From the NCBI GenBank assembly GCA_965215195.1, contig CBDCDC010000002.1:1632001-1696000 (forward strand): a DNA stretch of 64,000 nt, read 5' to 3'. The translations under genes and the position numbers were made by a program. This document shows positions 10,101 to 18,543 of this stretch, in pieces. The stretch is from Candidatus Latescibacterota bacterium (GTDB lineage Bacteria; Latescibacterota; UBA2968; UBA8231). Each line of letters begins with the position of its first letter. Position 1 is the stretch's first letter. The notes below the pieces were generated by a model, which had not been told where the DNA came from, did not search any database, and saw nothing but the letters and a program-made list of their open reading frames with translations.

Positions 10101-10351
10101 TGGTACCAAGCCGCCGCGACTACGGGCAATTCCAATTCGTTGCCAAACACCACCCGTACACTATCGGTGCGCACGGCCTTGCTATTGAACTTGACTATCT
10201 TTGAATACTCGAGGATCGCCCCTTCAAACTCGCCAAGGGCATAGAGAGATTGTCCGGCGTCAAAACTGGTCTTCAGATTTTGCGGCACCGGTAGAAAAAG
10301 GCTAGCTCCTAGCCCCAATCCTAGTGCGATAAGTCCAGCCCAGACCGTCAT
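7106..10351 (-). CDS. Very large TPR protein (BamD/CpoB-like repeats) with an N-terminal membrane anchor or signal
   Basis: 1081 aa of tandem A.Y..G..YY...Y..A...Y..V...YP.S repeats, preceded by a hydrophobic N-terminus. Confidence 0.88.
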   Translation of the reverse strand: MTVWAGLIALGLGLGASLFLPVPQNLKTSFDAGQSLYALGEFEGAILEYSKIVKFNSKAVRTDSVRVVFGNELELPVVAAAWYQLGNAYKKSGQHEKAVEAYRQVIDVGTVAEDFRSLVQFQVAETRFLAKEYGEAAKEYKRYVELFPETKEAGKAYFYAGWSEFNTKEYDQSIETLNGMLAAYPQDRYAPDSQYRIASALYEKGEYGVAVDMTQIVLDKYPNSPVIAQALYLEARAYDQMGRDEEAIKAYRDVRNLYDRMFELLRGSFREGKNVDFENYRELFETSSLRVAEIFRKTDQFEEAYQELIAAQETAEERFYKAKVQMRIGDNYMEWDKFDEAWTAYNQVIELYGDTPYPSNAQYQKGEAKYFAGDYAAAREDYLQLLMDYPDSDTGLRSAALYSAGWSAEKFGVVDQAIASYTQAVDNFPRSDQAPLCLLRIARLSYEQQKVEEAIGAYKAITESYQDTRHTADAYYGLGILYRDEGRQDEAVAAFSKVDRDARETYIAALIEAANIYISQDRIVEGRALLNQLLEGVTGDRDLEARAHFQMAQLDLNNKNYVDAVERYTMVLEEYPESDVIRDCRYGRALAYHYSGRYDRALVDYKWLLDTKIPKAMQLKVTFSMALSYSAEGSDDEAEKLLNEVIASGDESLVRSARLQLISMAEKKGNPEEAVRIYEEMLATTTSSEDRERLLIRLANAYFKLDKFQQSIDAAQELINLAINAESIANALFVQGNCFYRSEQFVQAIATYNTIIENYPQIAWAKNAQFQIGVAYNRLSANGNVEVLPAMSKAFNAYYNQYPEDERAVHAYYYDAWAHYRMGKWRAASDIFASLADKYPRSRYASEALFRAGDALFNMTNRSGLEDKNQNFLDAMVFYDRIIKRYPRSSHMDDALYNKAWCLINLNRKEEAVPVFERIVAEYSDGTYGARSQFTLGDYYYGLKNYEKATESYQTFLDRFPADKLIAQDRVLPKKARTLLGHLAEIDAYNLYATGEKLLAEKNYDEAMAIFKEVQQKYPKSDQAVNSLVNVGAAYMAQEEFRQAGAIFQEVVDNYGDNPKYVTQVDYAREQLEVMQEARVL

Positions 10352-10408
10352 TTGTGTATCTCCTTATCTAGGTTTCTAGTTTGGAGTTCATCTAGGGCTT
10401 TTTTTGTT

Positions 10409-11347
10409 TTAGAATTGGTATGCAAAGGAGAACCGATGCGCCCCATTGGTCTCGGTCAAGTCCAAGCTGATGTCATACGCATAGTCGAACATCAACTGAT
10501 TCCACTGATAGCCCAACCCCGCATTCAACCCCCCCCCCGCGTCCTCCGACACCAAACGACGCCCCCCCGCCCGCAGCAGCAACCCCTCCACCACCTGCGT
10601 CTCCCCACCGACGACCAACCCCTGATCCGAACCCTCCCCCGTCAAGTCCCGAACCACGTATTGCACCGACACCAACGACTGACTGCTCAGCCGATAGCCC
10701 ACCCCCACATGCACGTCCATCGGCAACGCACCCGCATCCGCGTCGCCAGCCACCTCGCCATACGCCACATTCGGCTGGTTGACATTCTTCAACAACACCC
10801 CCACCTGCGCCCCTGGCACCGGACTCTGCCACAGCAAACCCAAATCCAAGCCCACGTTGCCCGCGCTCTGGTTCGACAGCGGATCGGGACCATTCACCGG
10901 ATCATCGGGAATGGAGCCCACGCTCCAAAACAGATACTTGGCCGACACCCCCACCTGCAGCCGCCGCTGCACCTGATACGACAGCGCCACAAACGCCCCG
11001 TTCTCGCTCATCAGCGACGAGCCAATCCGTTCATATCCCAAGCCCAAGCCCAGCCGGTCACCCAAAGGCTGCGCATAGGACACCACGTGCTGACCCAAGT
11101 CGTCGCCTTCGATGCCCGCATACAAAAGCGACACATTGGTGTAGGCCACCTGCCGCTGCGCCACCTGACCCAACCCCGCCGGGTTGGCAAACACCGCATC
11201 CGCGTTGTCGGCCACCGCCACAAAGCTGTTGCCCAACCCCTGCGCACGCGCTCCCGAACCCACATTCTGAATGTTCACAACCCCTTCGCTTGATTGGGCG
11301 ACGAACAGCAAGCCGATTAAAATACTAAGCATTTTTAGAGATTTCAT
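10409..11347 (-). CDS. PorV/PorQ (UPF0164, FadL-like) outer-membrane beta-barrel protein
   Basis: Signal peptide, GSGARAQGLGNSFVAVADNADAVFANPAGL motif, LDLGLL, FDYAY, and terminal HRFSFAYQF. Confidence 0.85.
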   Translation of the reverse strand: MKSLKMLSILIGLLFVAQSSEGVVNIQNVGSGARAQGLGNSFVAVADNADAVFANPAGLGQVAQRQVAYTNVSLLYAGIEGDDLGQHVVSYAQPLGDRLGLGLGYERIGSSLMSENGAFVALSYQVQRRLQVGVSAKYLFWSVGSIPDDPVNGPDPLSNQSAGNVGLDLGLLWQSPVPGAQVGVLLKNVNQPNVAYGEVAGDADAGALPMDVHVGVGYRLSSQSLVSVQYVVRDLTGEGSDQGLVVGGETQVVEGLLLRAGGRRLVSEDAGGGLNAGLGYQWNQLMFDYAYDISLDLTETNGAHRFSFAYQF

Positions 11348-11382
11348 AATGCCAACTCCTCCTTGGTGGTCTCGCTTAAAGG

Positions 11383-12129
11383 CTAGTTTGCCTTAGCGAC
11401 TTTAGGAATGACCGTGCCGTCCTTGTAAATCTTGCCGATATCTCGGACGAATTTATAGGAAATATTGGTGGTCTCCACCGGCTCGTTGCGAAAGTCAAAT
11501 CGCAGGATTACATCAAGCACTTGGACTTCGATATCACTCACGTCGGGGTGGAGTACGGGAAAAATGACGAAACCCTCCGCCTCTTGGCCGCTGAAGATCT
11601 CCTCGTCTTTGAGCATCGTCCGCCTCAGCAAGTCGCGGCGCTCCTGGTAGCGGGCATATTCGTTGCCCCTATAGCCTATGGCATAGGCGCGATAATAAGT
11701 ATCGAGTTGCTCAAAGTTGAGACTCCAATACTCACGCTTATTGCTCGCTTTGACGACGATTTTGCTCGGATCAATCTTGACTTTGGGATAGGCGTAATTC
11801 TTAATGCTGAGACGAAAGACGGTGAATCGCTGTTTTTCTTCGTCTGTCCCCCAAAATACCGTATTGCCAAAGGTATAGGGGTTTGTGGACTTAGGACCCG
11901 CTTGGGAATTGTTGAAAAACTGGCGGTTCAATTCCTCGTCAGTCATAGGCTTGAGTCGCACTTCAAAGCGGTCCTGGGCAAAGGTCAGGGTCCCGTCATC
12001 TGCCACGCTGATAGACGAGGCCTGGTCTTGGCCAGGCTGTAATGGCCCTGTGTAATAGCTATATCCACAGCCCAGCAAACCCGAGCCAATAATCAAGGCC
12101 GAGAATAATACTCGTGTGAAACTCATCAT
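11383..12129 (-). CDS. Hypothetical lipoprotein, paralog of 26839-27597
   Basis: Lipobox LLGC. Shares VADDGT, PMTDEELNRQF, NPYTFGN, QRFTVFR and NY.YPKV..DP with the paralog. Confidence 0.8.
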   Translation of the reverse strand: MMSFTRVLFSALIIGSGLLGCGYSYYTGPLQPGQDQASSISVADDGTLTFAQDRFEVRLKPMTDEELNRQFFNNSQAGPKSTNPYTFGNTVFWGTDEEKQRFTVFRLSIKNYAYPKVKIDPSKIVVKASNKREYWSLNFEQLDTYYRAYAIGYRGNEYARYQERRDLLRRTMLKDEEIFSGQEAEGFVIFPVLHPDVSDIEVQVLDVILRFDFRNEPVETTNISYKFVRDIGKIYKDGTVIPKVAKAN

Positions 12130-13062
12130 TCAGAAACTCCTCGGTGGTACAGCTTCTGTGTATAAAGAGGCTTTCAAACGCCCCCAAGACCTCGACTCCA
12201 CAGCCGTCCCTTGAAAAGTACCCTCTAGCGGCATCAGGATCAAGTCAGTGAAGCGATCGGAAAAGCGATACGAGTTGTGTTGGCCCGAAAGCGACCACTT
12301 AGCATCAAAAAGCTCTGAATGCGCATCAAGATCGTTGAACTCTACATTAAAACCAAGGATTTCACCTTCCCGCAAGAGGTGCTCTTCGCTTTGAAAGACC
12401 GCATTGATATCGACGTGGTCAAAAGGCAGAAGCATGACTTCGTAGTTCGTCACTCCCTCTCCTCCCAAGATGCCTATAAACTCAACTGCCGCCCTAGTAT
12501 AGGGACCATCGGATAGCGCGTACCAAGCGGCGGCGGAAAAATTGACGAAGAAATCTTCGTCAGGCGACGGGCCAGCCAGAACGAAGTGATTGGCTTCAGA
12601 TCCGTTGCGTCGCCTCTGCTCTTCGTGGCTCAACTCGGTGAAATTGGCGAATTGTCCCCCTGAGTGGTCCGCGTCGATAAATAATTCCATCGCATCGTCT
12701 TGGAAAAGCACCGTAGCACTACCGGCAGGACGATCGATCTGATGTATATCATCGCGAACCAGAGCAGCGATGTAGAGCCTGTTCATCGCTTTATTCCACC
12801 CTACCATGAGACGGGCGGAAAAATCGCCCGAATCGCTCGCCTTAACTTTTGGACTAATCAGGTCGTGAAATTGACCCGTTAATATAGCGTAGGAGTCGCC
12901 TACAACCTCCCAATCTCTCAAATCTCCATCAATGGTGGGAACCAAGTGATCGGGAAATTGAAAGGCTCTATAGGCCACTCCTTCGGGGTAATGACCCAGA
13001 ACCGATTTAGTCGAGCCTACTATTATCTGTAGCACCAGCCCTAAAAAAATAAACGCGACCAT
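12130..13062 (-). CDS. Exported CBM9/DOMON-like protein with a C-terminal TAVE..SWGR.K motif
   Basis: Signal-like N-terminus, PTIDGDLRDW, LYIAALVRDD, DAMELFID, GEILGFNV, TAVESRSWGRLK. Confidence 0.7.
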   Translation of the reverse strand: MVAFIFLGLVLQIIVGSTKSVLGHYPEGVAYRAFQFPDHLVPTIDGDLRDWEVVGDSYAILTGQFHDLISPKVKASDSGDFSARLMVGWNKAMNRLYIAALVRDDIHQIDRPAGSATVLFQDDAMELFIDADHSGGQFANFTELSHEEQRRRNGSEANHFVLAGPSPDEDFFVNFSAAAWYALSDGPYTRAAVEFIGILGGEGVTNYEVMLLPFDHVDINAVFQSEEHLLREGEILGFNVEFNDLDAHSELFDAKWSLSGQHNSYRFSDRFTDLILMPLEGTFQGTAVESRSWGRLKASLYTEAVPPRSF

Positions 13063-13124
13063 AGAACCTCGGCCAACGCCCTCTCATCCGTTTTTTGATG
13101 TCTTTCAATCTATTATCGGGCTGT

Positions 13125-13153
13125 ATGATAATCAATGGTCTAAGACGTGTCAA
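13125..13153 (-). promoter_or_regulatory. Sigma70-type promoter for module A
   Basis: Minus strand TTGACA-17 nt-TATCAT in the AT-rich divergent intergenic region. Confidence 0.7.
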
Positions 13154-13347
13154 GATATATTAGAGACCGCCGTGAAAACAATGGACCTATAACGGATAAA
13201 ACCAATAAATAACAATACGTTAGGGTTATTCAACCCTCGTACAACTCTTTGCAAATCACCTCATCCGTGCCTCGACTGCACTGATTATCTAAGCGATTGA
13301 CGACAAAGGCCCCTTCTTTTCGTACTCGTCGGCCCGATCTGACTATC

Positions 13348-13376
13348 TTGAGATGCTCATCAATATACTATATACT
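13348..13376 (+). promoter_or_regulatory. Sigma70-type promoter for the gene at 13507
   Basis: TTGAGA-17 nt-TATACT. Confidence 0.6.
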
Positions 13377-13506
13377 ATAGAATAGCAAAACCTCACGTGC
13401 TTAGCCCGGCTGGTGCGGGCTGAGATAGAGTGAGCAACTGCCGTCGGCGTCTTTGTTATGCTCGTCGCAGGCAATCAAGGCCTACATTCTTGTGCGGAGG
13501 TATTCG

Positions 13507-16161
13507 ATGATCAGGCTATTGGTAGCGGTACTCGGCATCGCGTTTGTGTCCAGTGACGGCTATACCGAAATCAAGCGGTGGCGGATCGGCGACGATGTGC
13601 ATCCCTGGACCCTGCGGCCGGTCACCGGTCGCCTCGACTTGGGCCGTAGCTGGGCTGTCGAACTGATCGCCGACGACGATGGCGACGGACTCATCGACGA
13701 AGACCCGGTCGAGCTAGTCGACAACGATGACGACGGCCAGCTCAACGAAGATCCCGTGGACCCGCAAGTCGACAATGACGGCGACGGCCAGCTCAACGAA
13801 GACCCAGCCAACGGAAGCGATGACGACCAAGATGGACTCATCGACGAAGACCCACCGGAATTTTTTGACAACGATCTCGACGGGCTCATCGACGAGGACG
13901 GGCCGGATCCTCAGTTCGACAATGACGGCGATGGGCGGCTCAACGAGGACGGGTTGTACACTCCCTTTGATGACGATTGGGACGGCCAGCTCAACGAGGA
14001 CCCGGCTAATACTCTCGACGACGACGGCGACGGACTTATCGACGAGGATCCACCATTGCCCGAGCACGGCCAAGGCGTCACCACTTGGCTTCGGCCGGTA
14101 CGTCTCGACAGCCTGCGCAACCTCGCCTATTTGCTCAACCAGCGCTTCAAGGCCGGCGAGTTCGGCGGCATCATCCCCGGCAAGGATTCCCAGCGCCCCT
14201 TTATGGTGGTGCCGAGCGAATACGGCTTCCGCCGCGAGGTCGCCGACCCCATCTCGGCCGACTACTGGGCGGTCGCGGGGGTGATTGACCGCAAAGAGGC
14301 CGAAAAGGCCGTCGATGGCAATCTGAGGACAGACTTTACTTCCACCAAGTATGGCCGCGGCGGGATTGCCGTCAACCTGATGGGCTACTACTATATCAAC
14401 CGCATCGTCTTTCGCCCACAGCCAACCTTGCCCGGCGGTACCATCGCCAACTACTACATCCGCTACGGCGACCAGACCTCCATTAACAGGCTCTCTGAGA
14501 CCATCCAAGCGAACCGGACACTAGTTCAAGCCGTCCGAGGCCAATTCAACCCAGTGATCAAAGACCTCCGATTTGCCCCCCCCTTTATCGCTGGCCGCAT
14601 CGACGTGTACTCAATTGATAAAGAGGGGAAACTCAGCCAGACCGCCGAAGCTGGCTACTTCGGCGATGGTTATGCCATCGACGGGCGGTACACTTCGGCC
14701 ATCATCGACGTGGGCACACCTACCCCGCGCATCCGTCGTTACGACCGCGAGATTGAGCAGTTCGCCGGCTCGCAGCGAGATGCTTATGAAAGCCAGTTTC
14801 CCCTCAATGTTGCCGGCGACCGAGTCAACTGGGGCAAGGTGCGCTGGCGCGGGCGCCGGGACAGCCGCGACGGCGATGTCCGCATCCAGTTCCGCGTTGG
14901 CAACTCCCTCGATACCCACATCTACGCCCGCCGCTTGGGCCCGGGCCTCTCGGACACCCAAGACGAAAACGGCAATCCTCTCGACCTGTTTTCCTGGATC
15001 AAGCTTCCCGAAGGCCGCGTTCCCGAGCGCGAGCTTCAGTACAATGAGCTAGGTGTTGATCTAGGTGACGACGGCCCCTTGGGCTGGAGCTTCTGGTCGG
15101 CACCTTTCAAGCTCGAAGACGCCCTCATCGACGAGAGCTTGCCTGAATCCGAGTGGCGCAACGCCGGCGTCCAACTACCCCTACCTGGAGGGACTCGCTA
15201 CATCCAGTTCCGCATTTTTTTCGACTCCACCCAACATAGTGCGGCCTTGTTGGACTTCATCGAGTTCGACTACGACGCGCCGCTAGTCTCGGGTGGGATC
15301 GTCGCCGAAATTTTTCCCCCGTATGCCTCATTAGGCGAGGAGACTTCGTTCCGCTACTTCGTCCGGCCATTCTTCAACCAAAGCGAAGCCACCTCTTTCA
15401 ACCGGATCGAAATCGCCGTGCCCAGCACCGACACGCGCATCGACACCTTGCGCTTCGATGGCCAAGACTGGGCCGAAATTGCCGCCGGGACCGCCGCCGA
15501 CCTCCTGCGCGATGTCCATCCCATCCGCCTCGCCCCGGCAGAGGGTCGCTCCGACAGCCTAGGGCAATTCGCGCAGAGCCTGACTTCTGACCCGCTCACT
15601 GGCTCGTCTAAGCTACACCTCAAGTTGCCCGCAATGGGCGCGGAGCATTTCCGACTCGGCGAGACCATCGAAATCGTCTTTCGTTCCAAGATCTTCCGCG
15701 GCTCTGAGGAGTTCACCAGCACGGTGTGGAACGACCAGATCGACAAGGGCGTCGAATTTATCCCCCAGCCGACCGAAGATGGAGACGCCACCCCCGACAT
15801 AGCCACCAACGCCCGCCTCGTGGTCGCCGACGAGATCAATCAACTCATCGAGTCCCCCCATATCGCTCCCAATCCCTTTACCCCCAACGGCGATGGCATC
15901 AACGACGAGGTGACCTTTTTCTTCGATCTTGTCCGCCTCCTAGAGTCGGTCAATGTTCAAGTCAACATCTATGACCTGTCCGGCCGCCCCATTGCCCAGA
16001 TACACACCGGCGGCTCGTACGCGAGCAATGTCCAAATTAAGTGGGACGGCCGCGAAAGCCACGGCCAACTCGCGTCGCCAGGGATCTATCTCTACCGGCT
16101 CGTCGCAGACTCGGACGCTACCTCCACGGCATATACGGGAGCTCTATCGCTGGTCTATTGA
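13507..16161 (+). CDS. Large exported protein with acidic DxDxDG..[DN]ED repeats and a CHU_C/FlgD-type C-terminal domain
   Basis: GGAGG RBS, ATG at 13507 and a signal peptide. Eight D-x-D-x-D-G-x-[IL]-[DN]-E-D repeats. C-terminus PNPFTPNGDGINDE...IYDLSGR...WDGR...PGIYLYRL...SLVY. Confidence 0.85.
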   Translation: MIRLLVAVLGIAFVSSDGYTEIKRWRIGDDVHPWTLRPVTGRLDLGRSWAVELIADDDGDGLIDEDPVELVDNDDDGQLNEDPVDPQVDNDGDGQLNEDPANGSDDDQDGLIDEDPPEFFDNDLDGLIDEDGPDPQFDNDGDGRLNEDGLYTPFDDDWDGQLNEDPANTLDDDGDGLIDEDPPLPEHGQGVTTWLRPVRLDSLRNLAYLLNQRFKAGEFGGIIPGKDSQRPFMVVPSEYGFRREVADPISADYWAVAGVIDRKEAEKAVDGNLRTDFTSTKYGRGGIAVNLMGYYYINRIVFRPQPTLPGGTIANYYIRYGDQTSINRLSETIQANRTLVQAVRGQFNPVIKDLRFAPPFIAGRIDVYSIDKEGKLSQTAEAGYFGDGYAIDGRYTSAIIDVGTPTPRIRRYDREIEQFAGSQRDAYESQFPLNVAGDRVNWGKVRWRGRRDSRDGDVRIQFRVGNSLDTHIYARRLGPGLSDTQDENGNPLDLFSWIKLPEGRVPERELQYNELGVDLGDDGPLGWSFWSAPFKLEDALIDESLPESEWRNAGVQLPLPGGTRYIQFRIFFDSTQHSAALLDFIEFDYDAPLVSGGIVAEIFPPYASLGEETSFRYFVRPFFNQSEATSFNRIEIAVPSTDTRIDTLRFDGQDWAEIAAGTAADLLRDVHPIRLAPAEGRSDSLGQFAQSLTSDPLTGSSKLHLKLPAMGAEHFRLGETIEIVFRSKIFRGSEEFTSTVWNDQIDKGVEFIPQPTEDGDATPDIATNARLVVADEINQLIESPHIAPNPFTPNGDGINDEVTFFFDLVRLLESVNVQVNIYDLSGRPIAQIHTGGSYASNVQIKWDGRESHGQLASPGIYLYRLVADSDATSTAYTGALSLVY
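13672..14052 (+). repeat. Eight degenerate in-frame repeats encoding probable Ca2+-binding loops
   Basis: DDDGDGLIDEDP / DNDDDGQLNEDP / DNDGDGQLNEDP / DDDQDGLIDEDP / DNDLDGLIDEDG / DNDGDGRLNEDG / DDDWDGQLNEDP / DDDGDGLIDEDP. Confidence 0.85.
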
Positions 16162-16256
16162 CCAAAATGCACGACTCTGCCCGGTCCTTCGAAGCCGAGC
16201 GAAGTACGCGGCGAAACGCTTGCAGAATTTTCCTTCCTCGTCACCATTCTAACGCC

Positions 16257-18353
16257 ATGGTGCGCAGCACCCGCTTTTTCTTAGGCGCGCTCTTGCTAGT
16301 CGCCCTTGCATTGCGGCTGAGCTACTTGTGGGAACATCGCGCCAGTCCCTTCTTCGACGCGCCCATAGTTGACGCCCAGACCTTTCTCAAACAGGCACAG
16401 GCCCTTGCCAGCGGTCCATTCTGGGGAGGGGACGAACCGTATTGGCAACCCCCCTTCTACACCTACCTGCTGGCGTTCGTTTGCTGGCTCCTGCCAGCCT
16501 CGTACTTCGTCGGCATCCGGCTCGTACACGCGAGCCTCGGCGTCCTTTCCTGCCTCTTGGTGTACGCGTTGGCCCGGCACGCCTTTGGCGAACAGATCGG
16601 CCGCATCGCCGGCGTCATGGCGGCCTTGTGCGGCTCCTTGCTCTACTTTGAGGGCGAGCTATTGGCCGTACCGGTGGAGGTCTTCCTCAACCTCCTGCTC
16701 TTGTACGGCCTGTTGCTGGCGTGGAGACGCGATCGCAGGCGCGACTGGGTGCTAGCCGGCCTCATCGCGGGCCTTGCGGCCCTCACTCGCCCCAATATCT
16801 TGCTCTTTATCGCGGCCTTTTGCGCTTGGGCACTATGGCACCGGCGCACATCTGCCTACCGTTCCCTGTTCTCTTTGGTCGTTCCCATAGCACTGGTCAT
16901 CTTGCCTATCACCTACCGCAACTGGGCCATTGAGCCAGACCTCGTCTTCATCTCCTCCAATGCCGGCGTCAACTTCTACATCGGCAACAACGCCGACTAC
17001 GAGCGCACGGTCTCGCTGCGTCCGGGTACGCAGTGGGAGACCATGATCGCCGAGGCGGCGAGCTCGGGGCATGAGACCGCAGCCGCCCAATCGGCCTTTT
17101 TCTTTAATAAAGCCCTCGATTACATAATCGCGCAGCCCCTCGACTATCTCGGCCTGCTCTGCAAAAAGGGATTCCACTTTTGGAGCGGCCCGGAGACCAA
17201 GCGCAACCAAGACATATACTACGCCCGCCAACACTCGCGGATTTTGAGTCTCTTGCTCTGGGATTGGCACGTGTCGATTCCCTTCGGCCTGATCGGCCCG
17301 CTGAGCTTGCTCGGCTTGGGGCTGAGCATGAGGGGAGAGTGGAGGCCGCCGATTGCCTTGCTGCGGCTCTACGCTCTCGTGTACACGACCTCGGTCGTCC
17401 TCTTCTTTCCGGCGGCTCGCTACCGCATGCCGGTCGTGCCGGTGCTGATCGCCTTTGCTGCTTTTGCCGCCTTTCAGCTCTACCTCGGCGTGCGCCTCAG
17501 AGCCTATATCCGCACCACACTGCTTGCCGTGCCTTTAGGGGGTCTATTGGTCTTGTGCAACCTCGCCGAGGCCGCTCCGACTGCCGAGGACGCTCAACTC
17601 TACTTCGACTTGGGCGAGGTGCATCTGCGCAAGCGAGACTACGCCCGGTCCGCGCGTTACTCGCGCCGGGCGCTGGAATTGGACCCAGAGTACAACTACG
17701 CCCGCCACAATCTGGCCGTGGCGTACTTTCACCAAAGGCACTATGGGGAAAGCGAGCGCGAGGCCCTGCACACCCTAGCGGAAAATCCTCGGCGCGGCGA
17801 CACTCGTGTACTTCTAGGCCGAATTTACCTAGCAACCAATAAGCCACAGCAAGCCACAGCGCATCTGCGCCACGCCCTCGAACGCAACCCAGAGTCCGGC
17901 ATGGCCCACTACTACTACGGCCGCCTGCTCTACCGCCAAGGGCACTACCCCGCGGCCGCAACCCACTTGCAACTGGCGCTTCCTTGGCAGCCACAGGACT
18001 TCTGGCTGCACTATGAACTGGGGAGAGCCTTACAGCAGGCCGGGCACACCGAGGCCGCATTGAGCCAGTACCAACAAGCACTGTCCGTGGAGCGAAGGCC
18101 CGAAGCACTCGTCGCCATCGGTGCCCTGCACCTAATCGCCGGGCACACCGCAAAAGCACACACCCAGTTCCTCCAAGCCCTAGAACTGGCTCCAGACAAC
18201 TCAGAGGCCCACGTCAACCTCGCGCTCATCGAACTCGAAAATGGAGACCATGCCGCCGCCATTGACCGGCTGCGCCAAGTACTGGCGCGAGGGCCCTCTC
18301 CCCACGCACAGCGTCTGCTCGACGAAGCCTATCGCCGGCTCGAATCGCCATAG
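16257..18353 (+). CDS. ArnT/PMT-like (GT-C) glycosyltransferase with C-terminal TPRs
   Basis: DAQTF, PPFYTYLLA, multiple TM helices, LAALTRPNIL, GVNFYIGNN, RYRMP, then TPRs. Start at ATG 16257. Confidence 0.85.
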   Translation: MVRSTRFFLGALLLVALALRLSYLWEHRASPFFDAPIVDAQTFLKQAQALASGPFWGGDEPYWQPPFYTYLLAFVCWLLPASYFVGIRLVHASLGVLSCLLVYALARHAFGEQIGRIAGVMAALCGSLLYFEGELLAVPVEVFLNLLLLYGLLLAWRRDRRRDWVLAGLIAGLAALTRPNILLFIAAFCAWALWHRRTSAYRSLFSLVVPIALVILPITYRNWAIEPDLVFISSNAGVNFYIGNNADYERTVSLRPGTQWETMIAEAASSGHETAAAQSAFFFNKALDYIIAQPLDYLGLLCKKGFHFWSGPETKRNQDIYYARQHSRILSLLLWDWHVSIPFGLIGPLSLLGLGLSMRGEWRPPIALLRLYALVYTTSVVLFFPAARYRMPVVPVLIAFAAFAAFQLYLGVRLRAYIRTTLLAVPLGGLLVLCNLAEAAPTAEDAQLYFDLGEVHLRKRDYARSARYSRRALELDPEYNYARHNLAVAYFHQRHYGESEREALHTLAENPRRGDTRVLLGRIYLATNKPQQATAHLRHALERNPESGMAHYYYGRLLYRQGHYPAAATHLQLALPWQPQDFWLHYELGRALQQAGHTEAALSQYQQALSVERRPEALVAIGALHLIAGHTAKAHTQFLQALELAPDNSEAHVNLALIELENGDHAAAIDRLRQVLARGPSPHAQRLLDEAYRRLESP

Positions 18354-18543
18354 GAAGTACCTTGTCCAGCTACTTCCAAGCTCTCTTTTACGCATTGCCT
18401 GTCTCCAGTGCCGGGCCGCTCTGTACCGACGTGAAAGACGCCGGCATCGCCTTCATAGCCACTGCGGCCGCTTGGGCAGGCGGCGAGCACCAACCGCTAC
18501 GCCATTCACCGGGGCGTCAATCGCCTTATATCGGAGTAGAATT

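Noticed and set aside
10352-11293. 313-aa plus-strand ORF
   Set aside because: It is the antisense shadow of the PorV-like gene, and its H/P/Q/R-rich composition is explained by strand skew.
13672-14052. Regularly spaced repeats resembling a CRISPR array
   Set aside because: The repeats are degenerate at third codon positions and in frame within a CDS. There are no cas genes.
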